A stretch of DNA of 64,000 bases from Bacteroidaceae bacterium. GTDB taxonomy: Bacteria; Bacteroidota; Bacteroidia; Bacteroidales; Bacteroidaceae. Below, one piece after another: positions 10,116-19,283 of the stretch (the stretch's first letter is position 1; every line of letters starts with the position of its first letter). Below the pieces are notes generated by a model. That model saw only the letters and a list, made by a program, of their open reading frames with translations. It made no database searches and was not told where the DNA came from. Made by a program: the position numbers and the translations under genes. The DNA is taken from assembly GCA_017646665.1 (NCBI GenBank), contig JAGCMB010000036.1:26963-90962 (forward strand), read 5' to 3'.

Positions 10116-11411
10116 ATGAATTTTGTACAGGAATTAAAATGGAGAGGAATGATCCAGGATATGACTCCCGGAACAGAAGAACAGTTGCAGAAAGAGTTGA
10201 CAAGTGCCTATTTGGGCATTGACCCGACAGCCGATTCGTTGCATATCGGTCACCTTGTTGGTGTTATGATGCTTCGTCATTTCCAACTTTGTGGTCACAA
10301 GCCCATTGCCCTCATTGGTGGTGCAACAGGTATGATTGGCGACCCATCGGGCAAATCTAAGGAGCGCGTGCTCATTGACGAGGAGAAACTTCGCCACAAC
10401 CAAGAGGCTCTCAAGAAACAGTTGGCCCGTTTCCTTGATTTTGACAGCGATGCGCCTAACGCAGCAGTGCTTGTGAACAACTACGACTGGATGAAAGAGT
10501 TCACATTCCTTGATTTTATCCGTAATATCGGCAAGATGATTACTGTGAACTATATGATGTCTAAGGACTCTGTAAAGCGTCGCTTGTCGGGCGAGGCAGG
10601 CACCGATGGTATGTCTTTTACAGAGTTTACATATCAGCTTCTTCAGGGATATGACTATGTTCACTTGAATGAAACCCACGGCTGTAAGTTGCAGTTGGGT
10701 GGTGCCGACCAGTGGGGTAACATCACAACCGGTACCGAAATGATTCGTAAAATGTCGGGTAACGAGGTGTTTGCTCTCACCTGTCCGCTCATTACAAAGG
10801 CCGATGGCAAGAAGTTCGGAAAGACAGAGCAGGGTAATATCTGGCTCGATAAGCGCTATACATCGCCTTATCGTTTCTATCAGTTCTGGCTCAATGTCAG
10901 TGACGAGGATGCCGAGAAGTATATAAAGATATTTACATCAATCTGCCGCGAGGAGATTGAGGCTCTTGTTGCAGAGCACGCTCAAGCTCCACATTTGCGT
11001 CTGTTGCAGAAACGTCTTGCAATGGAGGTTACTGTGCTTGTTCACGGCGAGGAGGAGTACAACAAGGCTGTCGAAGCTTCTGGTATCCTCTTTGGTAATG
11101 CCTCTACCGATGCGCTCCGCTCACTCGACGAGGATACACTGCTTGCTGTCTTTGACGGTGTTCCACAGTTCGAGGTTTCACGCGAGGCTATTGCCGAGGG
11201 TATTAAGGCTGTCGACCTTACAACTGACCTTGCCGCAATCTTTGCTTCAAAGGGCGAGATGCGTAAACTTGTTCAGGGTGGTGGCGTTTCTGTAAATAAG
11301 GAGAAGCTTGCAGCCTTTGACCAGGTAATCAACAACGAAAATCTGCTCAACGACAAATATATCCTTGTTCAAAAGGGTAAGAAGAACTATTACCTTATCA
11401 TTGTAAAGTGA
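10116..11411 (+). CDS. tyrS: Tyrosine--tRNA ligase
   Basis: [15 protein letters not shown] start, HIGH motif (SLHIGHLV), KFGKT (KMSKS variant) and a C-terminal S4-like domain. The ORF-track start at 10050 is an upstream extension. Confidence 0.95.
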   Translation: MNFVQELKWRGMIQDMTPGTEEQLQKELTSAYLGIDPTADSLHIGHLVGVMMLRHFQLCGHKPIALIGGATGMIGDPSGKSKERVLIDEEKLRHNQEALKKQLARFLDFDSDAPNAAVLVNNYDWMKEFTFLDFIRNIGKMITVNYMMSKDSVKRRLSGEAGTDGMSFTEFTYQLLQGYDYVHLNETHGCKLQLGGADQWGNITTGTEMIRKMSGNEVFALTCPLITKADGKKFGKTEQGNIWLDKRYTSPYRFYQFWLNVSDEDAEKYIKIFTSICREEIEALVAEHAQAPHLRLLQKRLAMEVTVLVHGEEEYNKAVEASGILFGNASTDALRSLDEDTLLAVFDGVPQFEVSREAIAEGIKAVDLTTDLAAIFASKGEMRKLVQGGGVSVNKEKLAAFDQVINNENLLNDKYILVQKGKKNYYLIIVK

Positions 11412-11440
11412 TAACAGAGCATAGTTCTCTTTTCAATTTG

Positions 11441-11477
11441 ACACTCACATCCGGAAGGATGTGGGTGTTTTTCTTTC
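11441..11477 (+). terminator. Rho-independent terminator after tyrS
   Basis: ACACTCACATCC-GGAA-GGATGTGGGTGT hairpin followed by TTTTTCTTTC. Confidence 0.7.
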
Positions 11478-11570
11478 TCCTACACCCATAAAAAGCCCGT
11501 TATTTTGAAAAAGTTTTGATATTGTTGTGAAAAAACTTCGTCGTTGTTTGGATAATACCAAAAAAGTTCA

Positions 11571-11578
11571 TACCTTTG
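11571..11578 (+). promoter_or_regulatory. -7 promoter box TACCTTTG for tRNA-His
   Basis: TAnnTTTG, 30 nt upstream of the tRNA 5' end. Confidence 0.45.
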
Positions 11579-11607
11579 CATCGCTTTCGAAAAACAGGAA
11601 GTAATAT

Positions 11608-11682
11608 GGTGGCTGTAGTTCAGCTGGTTAGAGCGTCAGATTGTGGTTCTGAATGTCGTCGGTTCGAATCCGATCAGCCACC
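11608..11682 (+). tRNA. tRNA-His (anticodon GTG) with genome-encoded G-1
   Basis: Hand-folded cloverleaf. G-1 plus acceptor GTGGCTG/CAGCCAC, D-arm GTTC..GAGC, anticodon stem TCAGA/TCTGA with loop TTGTGGT (GTG), T-arm GTCGG-TTCGAAT-CCGAT and discriminator C. No CCA is encoded. Confidence 0.92.
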
Positions 11683-11686
11683 CTTA

Positions 11687-11724
11687 GTTGGAGAACAAAG
11701 AAATTTGTTCTCCAACTTTTTTTT
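11687..11724 (+). terminator. Rho-independent terminator after tRNA-His
   Basis: Perfect 13-bp stem GTTGGAGAACAAA/TTTGTTCTCCAAC followed by T8. Confidence 0.85.
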
Positions 11725-11771
11725 GCTTCGATTTAAAGTGTTATTTTTGTTATTATTAATATTATTGTAAG

Positions 11772-12221
11772 ATGAAACATATAATTCCCTTCTTGCTGCT
11801 GTTTGTGCTGGCTATGGCTCCTGTGTGTAGTTCTTCGGCACAAGATAACCAGGACGAAATTGTTATGCCACAATTTCCCGGTGGCGAAGCCGAACTGCAC
11901 AAGTATATAATTTCGGAGCTTGAATATCCTCTTGAGGCGCGTCTGAACAATGAAAAGGGTGAGGTGCTGGTGGCTTTTTCTGTCGGTATGGATGGTTATA
12001 TAACAGGTGTCAGGGTTGTACGTTCCGTGTCTAAGAGCCTCGATGCCGAAGCCGTGCGTGTGGTAAGTAAGATGCCACCCTGGATACCCGGAAAAAAGAA
12101 TGGCCGTGCGGTAAGAGCCGAAATGTCAATACCCATAAACTTCAAGGTAATCTACGAAAATAAATTCACGAACGAGGAAACGCGTGGCAAGAAAAACAAA
12201 AAGGCAAAATTCAGATATTGA
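11772..12221 (+). CDS. TonB C-terminal-domain protein (secreted or periplasmic)
   Basis: Signal peptide, then PQFPGGEAELHKYI...YPLEARLNNEKGEVLVAFSV...DAEAVRVVSKMPPWIPGKKNGRAVR, the typical TonB_C fold signature. Confidence 0.85.
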   Translation: MKHIIPFLLLFVLAMAPVCSSSAQDNQDEIVMPQFPGGEAELHKYIISELEYPLEARLNNEKGEVLVAFSVGMDGYITGVRVVRSVSKSLDAEAVRVVSKMPPWIPGKKNGRAVRAEMSIPINFKVIYENKFTNEETRGKKNKKAKFRY

Positions 12222-12233
12222 TATATTATTATC

Positions 12234-13391
12234 GTGAAGCTACATCTGTTCAATCCCGAAAATGATCTCGCTCTAGCCGATGGCGGTTTTAGTTATTGTC
12301 CGCCACCGGCAGCAATGCGCATTGCAACAGAGTTGGCTTCGTTGCCGCTATGGTATGCCGGTGCCGAAGATGTCGTTTCGTTGCCCGATGAACACATCCT
12401 GTTCCGCAACGCGATGGCAACTGTTTTTAATTTGCCTAAAATCTACAATCCATCAATGCGGCAAGTGGTGACATCTCTTTCACCGTGGGGATGGAGTGCG
12501 CAGATGCGTCATCGTCTTAAGGCTATGGGATTTGCCAAGGAGTTGTTGCCAAGCGATGCAGAGATAGAACAAATACGTAACCTCTCGAACCGGGTGCTGA
12601 CGATTGATGTTCTTTTGGCTTTGCGTAATTCGGGTGTTGACACGCCACCATTGCCACAATATATTGATAATCTTGACGATGCAGTTTCGTTTGTCAACCG
12701 TTGTGAGCGTTGCGTTGTTAAAGCACCTTGGTCGGGCAGTGGTAAAGGGATAATGTGGGGCATTGGCAGAGCCGAAGAACCTATGGTACATTTCTGTAAA
12801 GGGGTTATCAGGCGTCAAGGCGGTGTGGTATGTGAACATTTCCTGAATGTGAAAACAGAATTTGCTATGGAATTTCTTGCAACGGCAAGCGGTATAGAGT
12901 TCGCTGGATATTCCCTTTTTACGGCCGAGAATGGTGCATACGTGGGTAATATACTCGCTTCAAACGAAGAGGTAGAAAGGCGCATTTCGGAATATATCCC
13001 TTTGGGAAAAATCTCCGAAGTAAAGAAATGTCTATGTGATATAATGCGGAATCTACTGGCCGAGAGTGGCTATCACGGATATTTTGGTGTTGATATGATG
13101 GTGTATGACAACGGTGACGGTTGCCGTCTTAATCCCTGTATGGAGATAAATCTCCGTATGAATATGGGGGTTGTGTCCCGTCTGTTTTATGACCGTTTCG
13201 TGGGCTACGGTTGCAAGGGTATTTATCGGGTAAGTTATTTTAAGGGCAATGGCGAAGCCTATCGCTTGCATCTTGAAATGCAGTCGGAACATCCATTGAA
13301 GATTGTGAACGGCAGGGTAGTCAAGGGCTATATGAACCTTGTACCGGTGACGCCCGATAATAATTATATAGCGTATGCAATAATAGAATAG
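12234..13391 (+). CDS. Conserved hypothetical, possible ATP-grasp-fold protein
   Basis: 385 aa with a GTG start. The VVKAPWSGSGKGI segment resembles the ATP-grasp phosphate-binding loop. Otherwise there is no clear family. Confidence 0.45.
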   Translation: MKLHLFNPENDLALADGGFSYCPPPAAMRIATELASLPLWYAGAEDVVSLPDEHILFRNAMATVFNLPKIYNPSMRQVVTSLSPWGWSAQMRHRLKAMGFAKELLPSDAEIEQIRNLSNRVLTIDVLLALRNSGVDTPPLPQYIDNLDDAVSFVNRCERCVVKAPWSGSGKGIMWGIGRAEEPMVHFCKGVIRRQGGVVCEHFLNVKTEFAMEFLATASGIEFAGYSLFTAENGAYVGNILASNEEVERRISEYIPLGKISEVKKCLCDIMRNLLAESGYHGYFGVDMMVYDNGDGCRLNPCMEINLRMNMGVVSRLFYDRFVGYGCKGIYRVSYFKGNGEAYRLHLEMQSEHPLKIVNGRVVKGYMNLVPVTPDNNYIAYAIIE

Positions 13392-13425
13392 GATTTTTGA
13401 TTTTTAATGACTAATAATTGAATAT

Positions 13426-15210
13426 ATGGATAACAGTACAATACAAAGCAGAGTAGAGAAGTTGCGCGACTTTATGCGTGCCGATAACATTGATGCATTT
13501 ATCGTTGTGAGCAGTGACCCGCACAGCAGTGAATATGTTGCCGATTGTTGGAAATCACGCGAGTGGATTTCGGGCTTCGACGGTTCGGCGGGAACAGCAG
13601 TTATCACTGCTGACAAGGCTCTCTTGTGGACCGATTCGCGTTATTGGCTTGCTGCCGAGAAATCACTTGAGGGAACAGGCTTTGAACTGATGAAAGATGG
13701 CGCAGCCGACACTCCTTCAATTACCGCTTGGCTTTCAGCAAACCTTGCCGAGGGCGCACGTGTGGGTGTTGACGGATGTGTGTGTTCCATTGCCGAGACA
13801 AAGGCTTGGGGCAATGAACTATCTGCTGCCGGCATTGCACTTGAAGCTACAACCGACCCTTTTGCAACAATATGGGAAAACCGTCCCGAATTGCCTATGG
13901 GGCAAGTCTTTCAGTTGCCTTTGGAGTATTGTGGCGAAAGTTCGCGTGATAAATTGGCACGTCTGCGCGAGGCCCTTTCATCGCAGGGCGCCGATGGTGT
14001 TATGCTCACAATGCTCGACGAGGTTGCGTGGGTGACCAATATGCGCGGAACCGATGTTGATTATAATCCTGTTTTTGTGGCATATATGCTTGTAACAGCC
14101 AACACAGCAACGCTATTTATCGAAGGCGAAAAGGTATCTCACGATATGAAAGAGTATCTTGCCGGTGAGGGTATCTCTTTAGCCGGATATGGCGAAGTGT
14201 GGCAGGCACTCCGTGAATTTGAAGGTGCATCGTTGATGATGCAGCCTAACCGTTGCAACAGGGCCGTGCTCGAGAATTTGAATACAGCTTGTTATCCGTT
14301 GCTCAATGATTCGCCTGTGGCTCTGATGAAGGCTGTGAAGAACGATGTGGAGATTGCAGGTTTCAAGAAGGCGATGCTCAGTGAGGGTATTGCAATGGTG
14401 AAATTGCTCAGATGGTTGAAGCCAGCCGTTGAGAATGGTGGCCTAACAGAACTCGATGTAGACAGTATGTTGACCAGGTTGCGAAGCAAGGATGCCGAGT
14501 TCCGCGGCTTGAGTTTTGCTACTATTGCTGCATACGGCGCAAACGCAGCCATTGTGCACTATGAACCTACACCGGCCGAGAATGCCGTGTTGCAACAACG
14601 TGGCTTTTTGTTGCTTGATTGCGGAGGACAGTATCTTGGTGGCACAACCGACGTGACACGTACCATTCCGCTTGGCGAGCTCACCGACGAGGAACGCGAG
14701 GACTATACACGTGTTCTCAAAGGACACATCTCGCTTGCAATGGCAAAATTCCCCAAAGGCACTTGTGGTACACAGCTCGATGTCCTTGCACGTCAATGGC
14801 TATGGCGTGCCGGCGAGAACTATTTGCACGGCACAGGTCACGGAGTGGGGCATTTCCTGAATGTTCACGAAGGTCCGCATCAAATAAGAATGAATAATAT
14901 GCCAACTCATCTGCAGCCCGGAATGACTGTTACAAATGAGCCCGGACTTTATAAAGCCGGTCGTTTTGGTATAAGAATAGAGAACACAATGCTTGTGAAG
15001 CACTATTGTGAAAGCGAATTCAGCACCTTCTATGAACTGGAGCCACTCACATTGTGTCCAATAGATACAACTCCTGTTGTTCCTGAAATTCTTGGCGCCG
15101 ATGCCATTGCCTATCTCAATGCATATAATGCTATGGTTTGTGATGTACTTACACCTCATTTGAATGACGAGGAGAGCCTATTCCTTGCTGAAATTACACG
15201 CCCCATATAA
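13426..15210 (+). CDS. Xaa-Pro aminopeptidase (M24B, long APP1-like form)
   Basis: 594 aa with N-terminal creatinase/prolidase-type domains and an M24 metal-ligand region (LLDCGGQY, HGTGHGVGHFLNVHEGP, NEPGLY, RIEN). Confidence 0.9.
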   Translation: MDNSTIQSRVEKLRDFMRADNIDAFIVVSSDPHSSEYVADCWKSREWISGFDGSAGTAVITADKALLWTDSRYWLAAEKSLEGTGFELMKDGAADTPSITAWLSANLAEGARVGVDGCVCSIAETKAWGNELSAAGIALEATTDPFATIWENRPELPMGQVFQLPLEYCGESSRDKLARLREALSSQGADGVMLTMLDEVAWVTNMRGTDVDYNPVFVAYMLVTANTATLFIEGEKVSHDMKEYLAGEGISLAGYGEVWQALREFEGASLMMQPNRCNRAVLENLNTACYPLLNDSPVALMKAVKNDVEIAGFKKAMLSEGIAMVKLLRWLKPAVENGGLTELDVDSMLTRLRSKDAEFRGLSFATIAAYGANAAIVHYEPTPAENAVLQQRGFLLLDCGGQYLGGTTDVTRTIPLGELTDEEREDYTRVLKGHISLAMAKFPKGTCGTQLDVLARQWLWRAGENYLHGTGHGVGHFLNVHEGPHQIRMNNMPTHLQPGMTVTNEPGLYKAGRFGIRIENTMLVKHYCESEFSTFYELEPLTLCPIDTTPVVPEILGADAIAYLNAYNAMVCDVLTPHLNDEESLFLAEITRPI

Positions 15211-15212
15211 TT

Positions 15213-15968
15213 ATGAAAAGAATATTGCAGCTACTGATGGTGTTTATACTTCTCTCTTGCTCAATGCAGGAGAGAAGCAGTGAAAATCCCTTTGAACTTA
15301 TCGCTCACGCCGGAGGGGTTGTTGACAGCTGTATTTACACAAATTCGCGCGAAGCTCTGGAACAATCCTTTGAAAAGGGGTATAAATATATAGAATTCGA
15401 TTTGCTTTTTACAAGCGACAGTGTGTTGGTAGCTGCACACTCTTGGGATAATTTCAATAAAATGACCGGTTTTGCCCATTGGGGCGACAGTGTGCCTTCG
15501 TACAACGATTTTATAACAAGGAAAATCCTGGGCCGTTACACACCTGTTAGTGCAGCCGAGATAAATGCGTTTTTCGAGTTGCACGACGGCCTGTTTCTTG
15601 TCACCGACAAAATTTCAAATCCCGAAATATTACAACGTAATTTTCCACGCCTTAAGGAGCGTATGGTTGTAGAGGCTTTTTCGTTTCAGGACTATTCTGT
15701 TCTGAAAAATGACGGATATTTTCGTGTCCTATACTCCTGTATGGCGCAAGATTTGAACACGACACTTTTTGGGAGCGGTAATCAATACATTGAATCCATT
15801 GACTGGATTGCTCTGCACACTACTGCTTTCAACAATCCGATGTTCAAATCAATAAAGGATATCAAAAGATTCAACATTGCATTATTCACAGTTGATGACA
15901 CATCTCATATTCCGGCAGAGTATAGGGATGTTGTAAAAATGGTATATACAAATTACATAGAACCATAG
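15213..15968 (+). CDS. Lipoprotein, glycerophosphodiester-phosphodiesterase/PI-PLC-X-like fold
   Basis: Lipobox LLSC. LIAHAGG...NSREALEQSFEKGYKYIEFDL...LVAAHSW resembles the GDPD N-terminal catalytic segment. Confidence 0.5.
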   Translation: MKRILQLLMVFILLSCSMQERSSENPFELIAHAGGVVDSCIYTNSREALEQSFEKGYKYIEFDLLFTSDSVLVAAHSWDNFNKMTGFAHWGDSVPSYNDFITRKILGRYTPVSAAEINAFFELHDGLFLVTDKISNPEILQRNFPRLKERMVVEAFSFQDYSVLKNDGYFRVLYSCMAQDLNTTLFGSGNQYIESIDWIALHTTAFNNPMFKSIKDIKRFNIALFTVDDTSHIPAEYRDVVKMVYTNYIEP

Positions 15969-16020
15969 TATATGGTGTCTTTTCTTTCATTATAACTGCG
16001 GTGTTGTCCTTTTTTGCGGT

Positions 16021-16028
16021 TATATTTG
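16021..16028 (+). promoter_or_regulatory. -7 promoter box TATATTTG for the AraC-family gene
   Basis: Perfect TAnnTTTG, 48 nt upstream of the ATG at 16076. Its position argues against the ORF-track start at 16001. Confidence 0.45.
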
Positions 16029-16075
16029 CGTGTGTCGTTTTGATTTATGTAAATTTGTTTCAAAATCAAAACACA

Positions 16076-16915
16076 ATGAAACGTATAAACGATATAACCC
16101 ACGCACGGTTGCTTAAAATGGACAGTATTACGCTCCCCAACGAACCCTTGCGTTTTAGAAATTTGGTGCTTGTGTTCTGCGATGCAGGCGAACTGACTTT
16201 TGAACTGAATTATACCTCATACACATTAAAGGAGAATGGCTTTCTTATAATAACTCCATTGGATATAGTTACATTCGAGAAATCGAGTGCCGATTACAGC
16301 AGTATTGTCCTTGTACTGCCATCAGAGAGTTTTTCTCCAATATTGAAAGATATAAATCTTTTGAATTTCAAATATATCAAACAATCGCCTGTAATCTATT
16401 TGCATAGTGAGTACCTGGCACTGTACAAACAGATTCTGTCTACTTTGTGGCAACTTAAAGAACTCGTTGGTGAGGATGAATTTGACAAGATTGCAAGCCT
16501 GCAAATATCTTCACTCTCTGTTGTGCAACAGGACTATTATAACAAATACATTGCCAATAACGATAACTCCTACGAGTACATTCCACGCAAGAAAGAGCTC
16601 TTCCGCATCTTTATAAATAAATTGGTTGAAGCTCACACCGTTTCGCGCGAGGTGCTTTTCTATGCCAACGAGCTTGGCGTGAGCAGTGGTTATCTCAATG
16701 AAGTGTGCAACGAGGTATCGGGACATTCGGCAAAGGCAATCATCGACTCTGCAGTGACAGCAAGGCTCAAATATGAGCTCTCCTATACCACAAAAAACAT
16801 ACAGGAACTTGCCGATGATTTCAATTTTCCAAGCCAGTCATATTTTACACGTTACTACAAACGAATGACAGGCCTCACTCCAAGTGAGTTCAGAAAGGAG
16901 AGGGCGATGAAATAA
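16076..16915 (+). CDS. AraC-family transcriptional regulator
   Basis: C-terminal double HTH (...ELGVSSGYLNEVCNEVSGHSAKAIID...FNFPSQSYFTRYYKRMTGLTPSEFRK). Confidence 0.88.
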   Translation: MKRINDITHARLLKMDSITLPNEPLRFRNLVLVFCDAGELTFELNYTSYTLKENGFLIITPLDIVTFEKSSADYSSIVLVLPSESFSPILKDINLLNFKYIKQSPVIYLHSEYLALYKQILSTLWQLKELVGEDEFDKIASLQISSLSVVQQDYYNKYIANNDNSYEYIPRKKELFRIFINKLVEAHTVSREVLFYANELGVSSGYLNEVCNEVSGHSAKAIIDSAVTARLKYELSYTTKNIQELADDFNFPSQSYFTRYYKRMTGLTPSEFRKERAMK

Positions 16916-16920
16916 GATGA

Positions 16921-16960
16921 TTGTTCCCTGCACTTCAAAAGCGCAGGGAACAATTCTTGT
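16921..16960 (+). terminator. Hairpin terminator after the AraC-family gene
   Basis: TTGTTCCCTGC...GCAGGGAACAA 11-bp stem followed by TTCTTGT. Confidence 0.6.
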
Positions 16961-16979
16961 AGGGGCAGCCCGGTGTATC

Positions 16980-17459
16980 TGCCGGCATTGTCTAAACTAT
17001 CACGATTTTATTTTATCAATACCTTTTTGCCGTCAATTATATATAGACCTTCACTTGGAACTTCTATTTTTCTGCCCTGCAAATCGTTTTGTGCGTTTTG
17101 ACAATGCCGTCTGTCCGCAACCCAAACGGTATAACCTACGGCTATACTGCGCTTGACGAGATGCTGCCGGCATTGTCTAAACTATCTACGATTTTATTTT
17201 ATCAATACCTTTTTGCCGTCAATTATATATAGACCTTCACTTGGAACTTCTACTTTTCTGCCTTACAAATCGTTTTGTGCGTTTTGACAATGCCGTCTGT
17301 CCGCAACCCAAGCGGTATAACCTTCGGCTATACTGCGCTTGACGAGATGCTGCCGGCATTGTCTAAACTATCTACGATTTTACTTTATCAATACCTTTTT
17401 GCCGTCAATTATATATAGACCTTCACTTGGAACTTCTATTTTTCTACCTTGTAAATCGT
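16980..17459. repeat. Tandem repeat, unit about 186 bp, about 2.6 copies. Each unit contains a copy of the last 26 codons plus the downstream flank of the LRR gene.
   Basis: TGCCGGCATTGTCTAAACTATC... recurs at 16980, 17165 and 17351. The third copy runs into the real 3' end of CDS 17380..19230. Confidence 0.9.
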
Positions 17460-19230
17460 AGATAGTTTTCACCTTTCCGCTTTCCGCTTTCACCTCTTCA
17501 GGCATCTCGTCAATGCCGGTAAAGTCCATCTCAACGATGTAGAATTTATTCCAAGGAGTAGCTCTTTCGTAGGCAAATTTTCTTCCATTGGGTACATACA
17601 AACAAGCATTGATATAAGCATCGCTACTGAATATATTTTCACTTGCAGTGACAGCTTTCTTTGAGCCTACTCTAATTTCAAAAATATTATTACAACCTGT
17701 AAAGGCATTGTCACCTATAGACTCTATAGTACTGCTTATATATAGAGATTCAATACTGCTACATCCTGCAAAAGTATTGGTACCGATGGTTTTAACACCA
17801 TCAGGAATTTCAATGCTTGTAAGACCGCTGCAATTGTAGAACGCATAATTGCCAATGCTTGTAACGCTATTGGGGATTTCAACGCTTGTAAGCCCGGTGC
17901 AACCTTCGAACGCAGAACCTCCAATGCTTGTAACGCTGTTAGGGATAATTGTTTTTTTACAACCAATAACCAATGTGTTTGTTTCTGTTTCTATTATTGC
18001 ATTGCAATTACTACGGTTATCATATTTTGCATTACCAGCAGCAACCGTTATACTTGTAAGCCCGGTGCAACCAAGGAACGCAGAACTGCCAATGCTTGTT
18101 ACGCTGTTGCCGATGGTAACGCTTGTAAGCCCGGTGCAACCACGGAACGCGCTGTATTCAATGCTTGTAACGCTGTTAGGGATTACAACGCTTGTAAGGC
18201 CGGAGCAACCAGAGAACGCATAATTTCCAATGCTTGTAACGCTATTGGGGATTTCAACGCTTGTAAGCCTGGTGCAACCAACGAACGCAGAACCTCCAAT
18301 GCTTGTAACGCTGTTGCCGATGGTAACGCTTGTAAGCCCGGTGCAACCACGGAACGCATCCCATCCAATGCCTGTAACGCTGTTAGGTATTGTAATGCTT
18401 GTAAGCCCGGAGCATTGACTGAACGCCCGACTTCCAATGCTTGTAACGCTGTTACCGATTGTCACGCTTGTAAGGCCGGAGCAACCATAGAACGCAGAAC
18501 CACCAATGCTTGTTACGCTGTTAGGGATTGTAATGCTTGTAAGGCCGGTGCAACCTTCGAACGCAGAACCTCCAATGCTTGTTACGCTGTTGCCGATGGT
18601 AACGCTTGTAAGCCCGGTGCAATAAGCGAACGCATAACCTCCAATGCTTGTTACGCTGTTAGGTATTACAATGCTTGTAAGACCGCTGCAATTGTAGAAC
18701 GCATAAGCCGGGATGTTTTTTACATTTTCTCCAATTATAACTGTTGACAATGCTGCACAACCGTCAAATACAGGATTATTATAACTTGTATAATTCTCAG
18801 CATTAAATTCAACGCTTGTAAGCCCGGAGCAACCATAGAACGCATAATATCCAATGCTTGTAACGCTGTTAGGGATTACAATGCTTGTAAGGCCGGTGCA
18901 ATCACTGAACACATGATCTCCAATGCTTGTAACGCTGTTAGGTATTGTAATGCTTGTAAGCCCGGAGCAACCATAGAACGCATCATCTCCAATGCTTGTA
19001 ACGCTGTAGGTTGTAGCATTGTATGTAACACTCTCGGGGATTACCACACTGCCGGTGTACTCATTGGAATATTCATCATAATAACTTCCTCGATAAGTAA
19101 CCGCTACTGTTTTGTTTGTGGCATCGGTGATGTTGTAATAAATGCCATTGACATAAAAGTCTTGGGCTGTTGCTGTTCCCACGCAGCACAATAACAGTAG
19201 TACTGTAAATAAATGTTTTAATGTTTTCAT
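17380..19230 (-). CDS. BspA-like leucine-rich-repeat surface protein with a T9SS-type C-terminal sorting domain
   Basis: Signal peptide MKTLKHLFTVLLLLCCVGTATAQ. About 20 units of the 23-aa IPNSVTSIGxxAFxGCxGLTSVxI repeat. C-terminal ...IYDLQGRKIEVPSEGLYIIDGKKVLIK is typical of Por/T9SS CTDs. Confidence 0.9.
   Translation of the reverse strand: MKTLKHLFTVLLLLCCVGTATAQDFYVNGIYYNITDATNKTVAVTYRGSYYDEYSNEYTGSVVIPESVTYNATTYSVTSIGDDAFYGCSGLTSITIPNSVTSIGDHVFSDCTGLTSIVIPNSVTSIGYYAFYGCSGLTSVEFNAENYTSYNNPVFDGCAALSTVIIGENVKNIPAYAFYNCSGLTSIVIPNSVTSIGGYAFAYCTGLTSVTIGNSVTSIGGSAFEGCTGLTSITIPNSVTSIGGSAFYGCSGLTSVTIGNSVTSIGSRAFSQCSGLTSITIPNSVTGIGWDAFRGCTGLTSVTIGNSVTSIGGSAFVGCTRLTSVEIPNSVTSIGNYAFSGCSGLTSVVIPNSVTSIEYSAFRGCTGLTSVTIGNSVTSIGSSAFLGCTGLTSITVAAGNAKYDNRSNCNAIIETETNTLVIGCKKTIIPNSVTSIGGSAFEGCTGLTSVEIPNSVTSIGNYAFYNCSGLTSIEIPDGVKTIGTNTFAGCSSIESLYISSTIESIGDNAFTGCNNIFEIRVGSKKAVTASENIFSSDAYINACLYVPNGRKFAYERATPWNKFYIVEMDFTGIDEMPEEVKAESGKVKTIYDLQGRKIEVPSEGLYIIDGKKVLIK
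17690..19050 (-). repeat. In-frame 69-bp (23-codon) tandem repeats encoding the LRR units
   Basis: Near-identical blocks such as AATGCTTGTAACGCTGTTAGGGAT / GCTTGTAAGCCCGGTGCAACC recur every 69 bp. Confidence 0.9.
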
Positions 19231-19275
19231 ATGAATAGTGATTATGCTTATCAATAGTTTGCCGATTCAATATCG

Positions 19276-19283
19276 CAAATTTA
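19276..19283 (-). promoter_or_regulatory. -7 promoter box (TAAATTTG on the minus strand) for the LRR gene
   Basis: The reverse complement of CAAATTTA is TAAATTTG, 46 nt upstream of the ATG at 19230. Confidence 0.45.

Noticed and set aside
11608-11682. Absence of an encoded 3' CCA on tRNA-His as a possible defect
   Set aside because: Many bacterial tRNA genes lack an encoded CCA, which is added by the CCA-adding enzyme. The cloverleaf is otherwise canonical, and G-1 is the normal bacterial tRNA-His identity element.
16917-17156. 79-aa plus-strand ORF inside the 186-bp tandem repeat
   Set aside because: It is an open frame created by the repeat itself. It reads the antisense of the duplicated CTD fragment, has no start context and overlaps a terminator hairpin.
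17690-19050. A regular 69-bp periodic repeat that superficially looks like a CRISPR array
   Set aside because: There are no unique spacers. The periodicity is in-frame within a long ORF with a signal peptide and a T9SS CTD. It encodes LRR units, and no cas genes are present.
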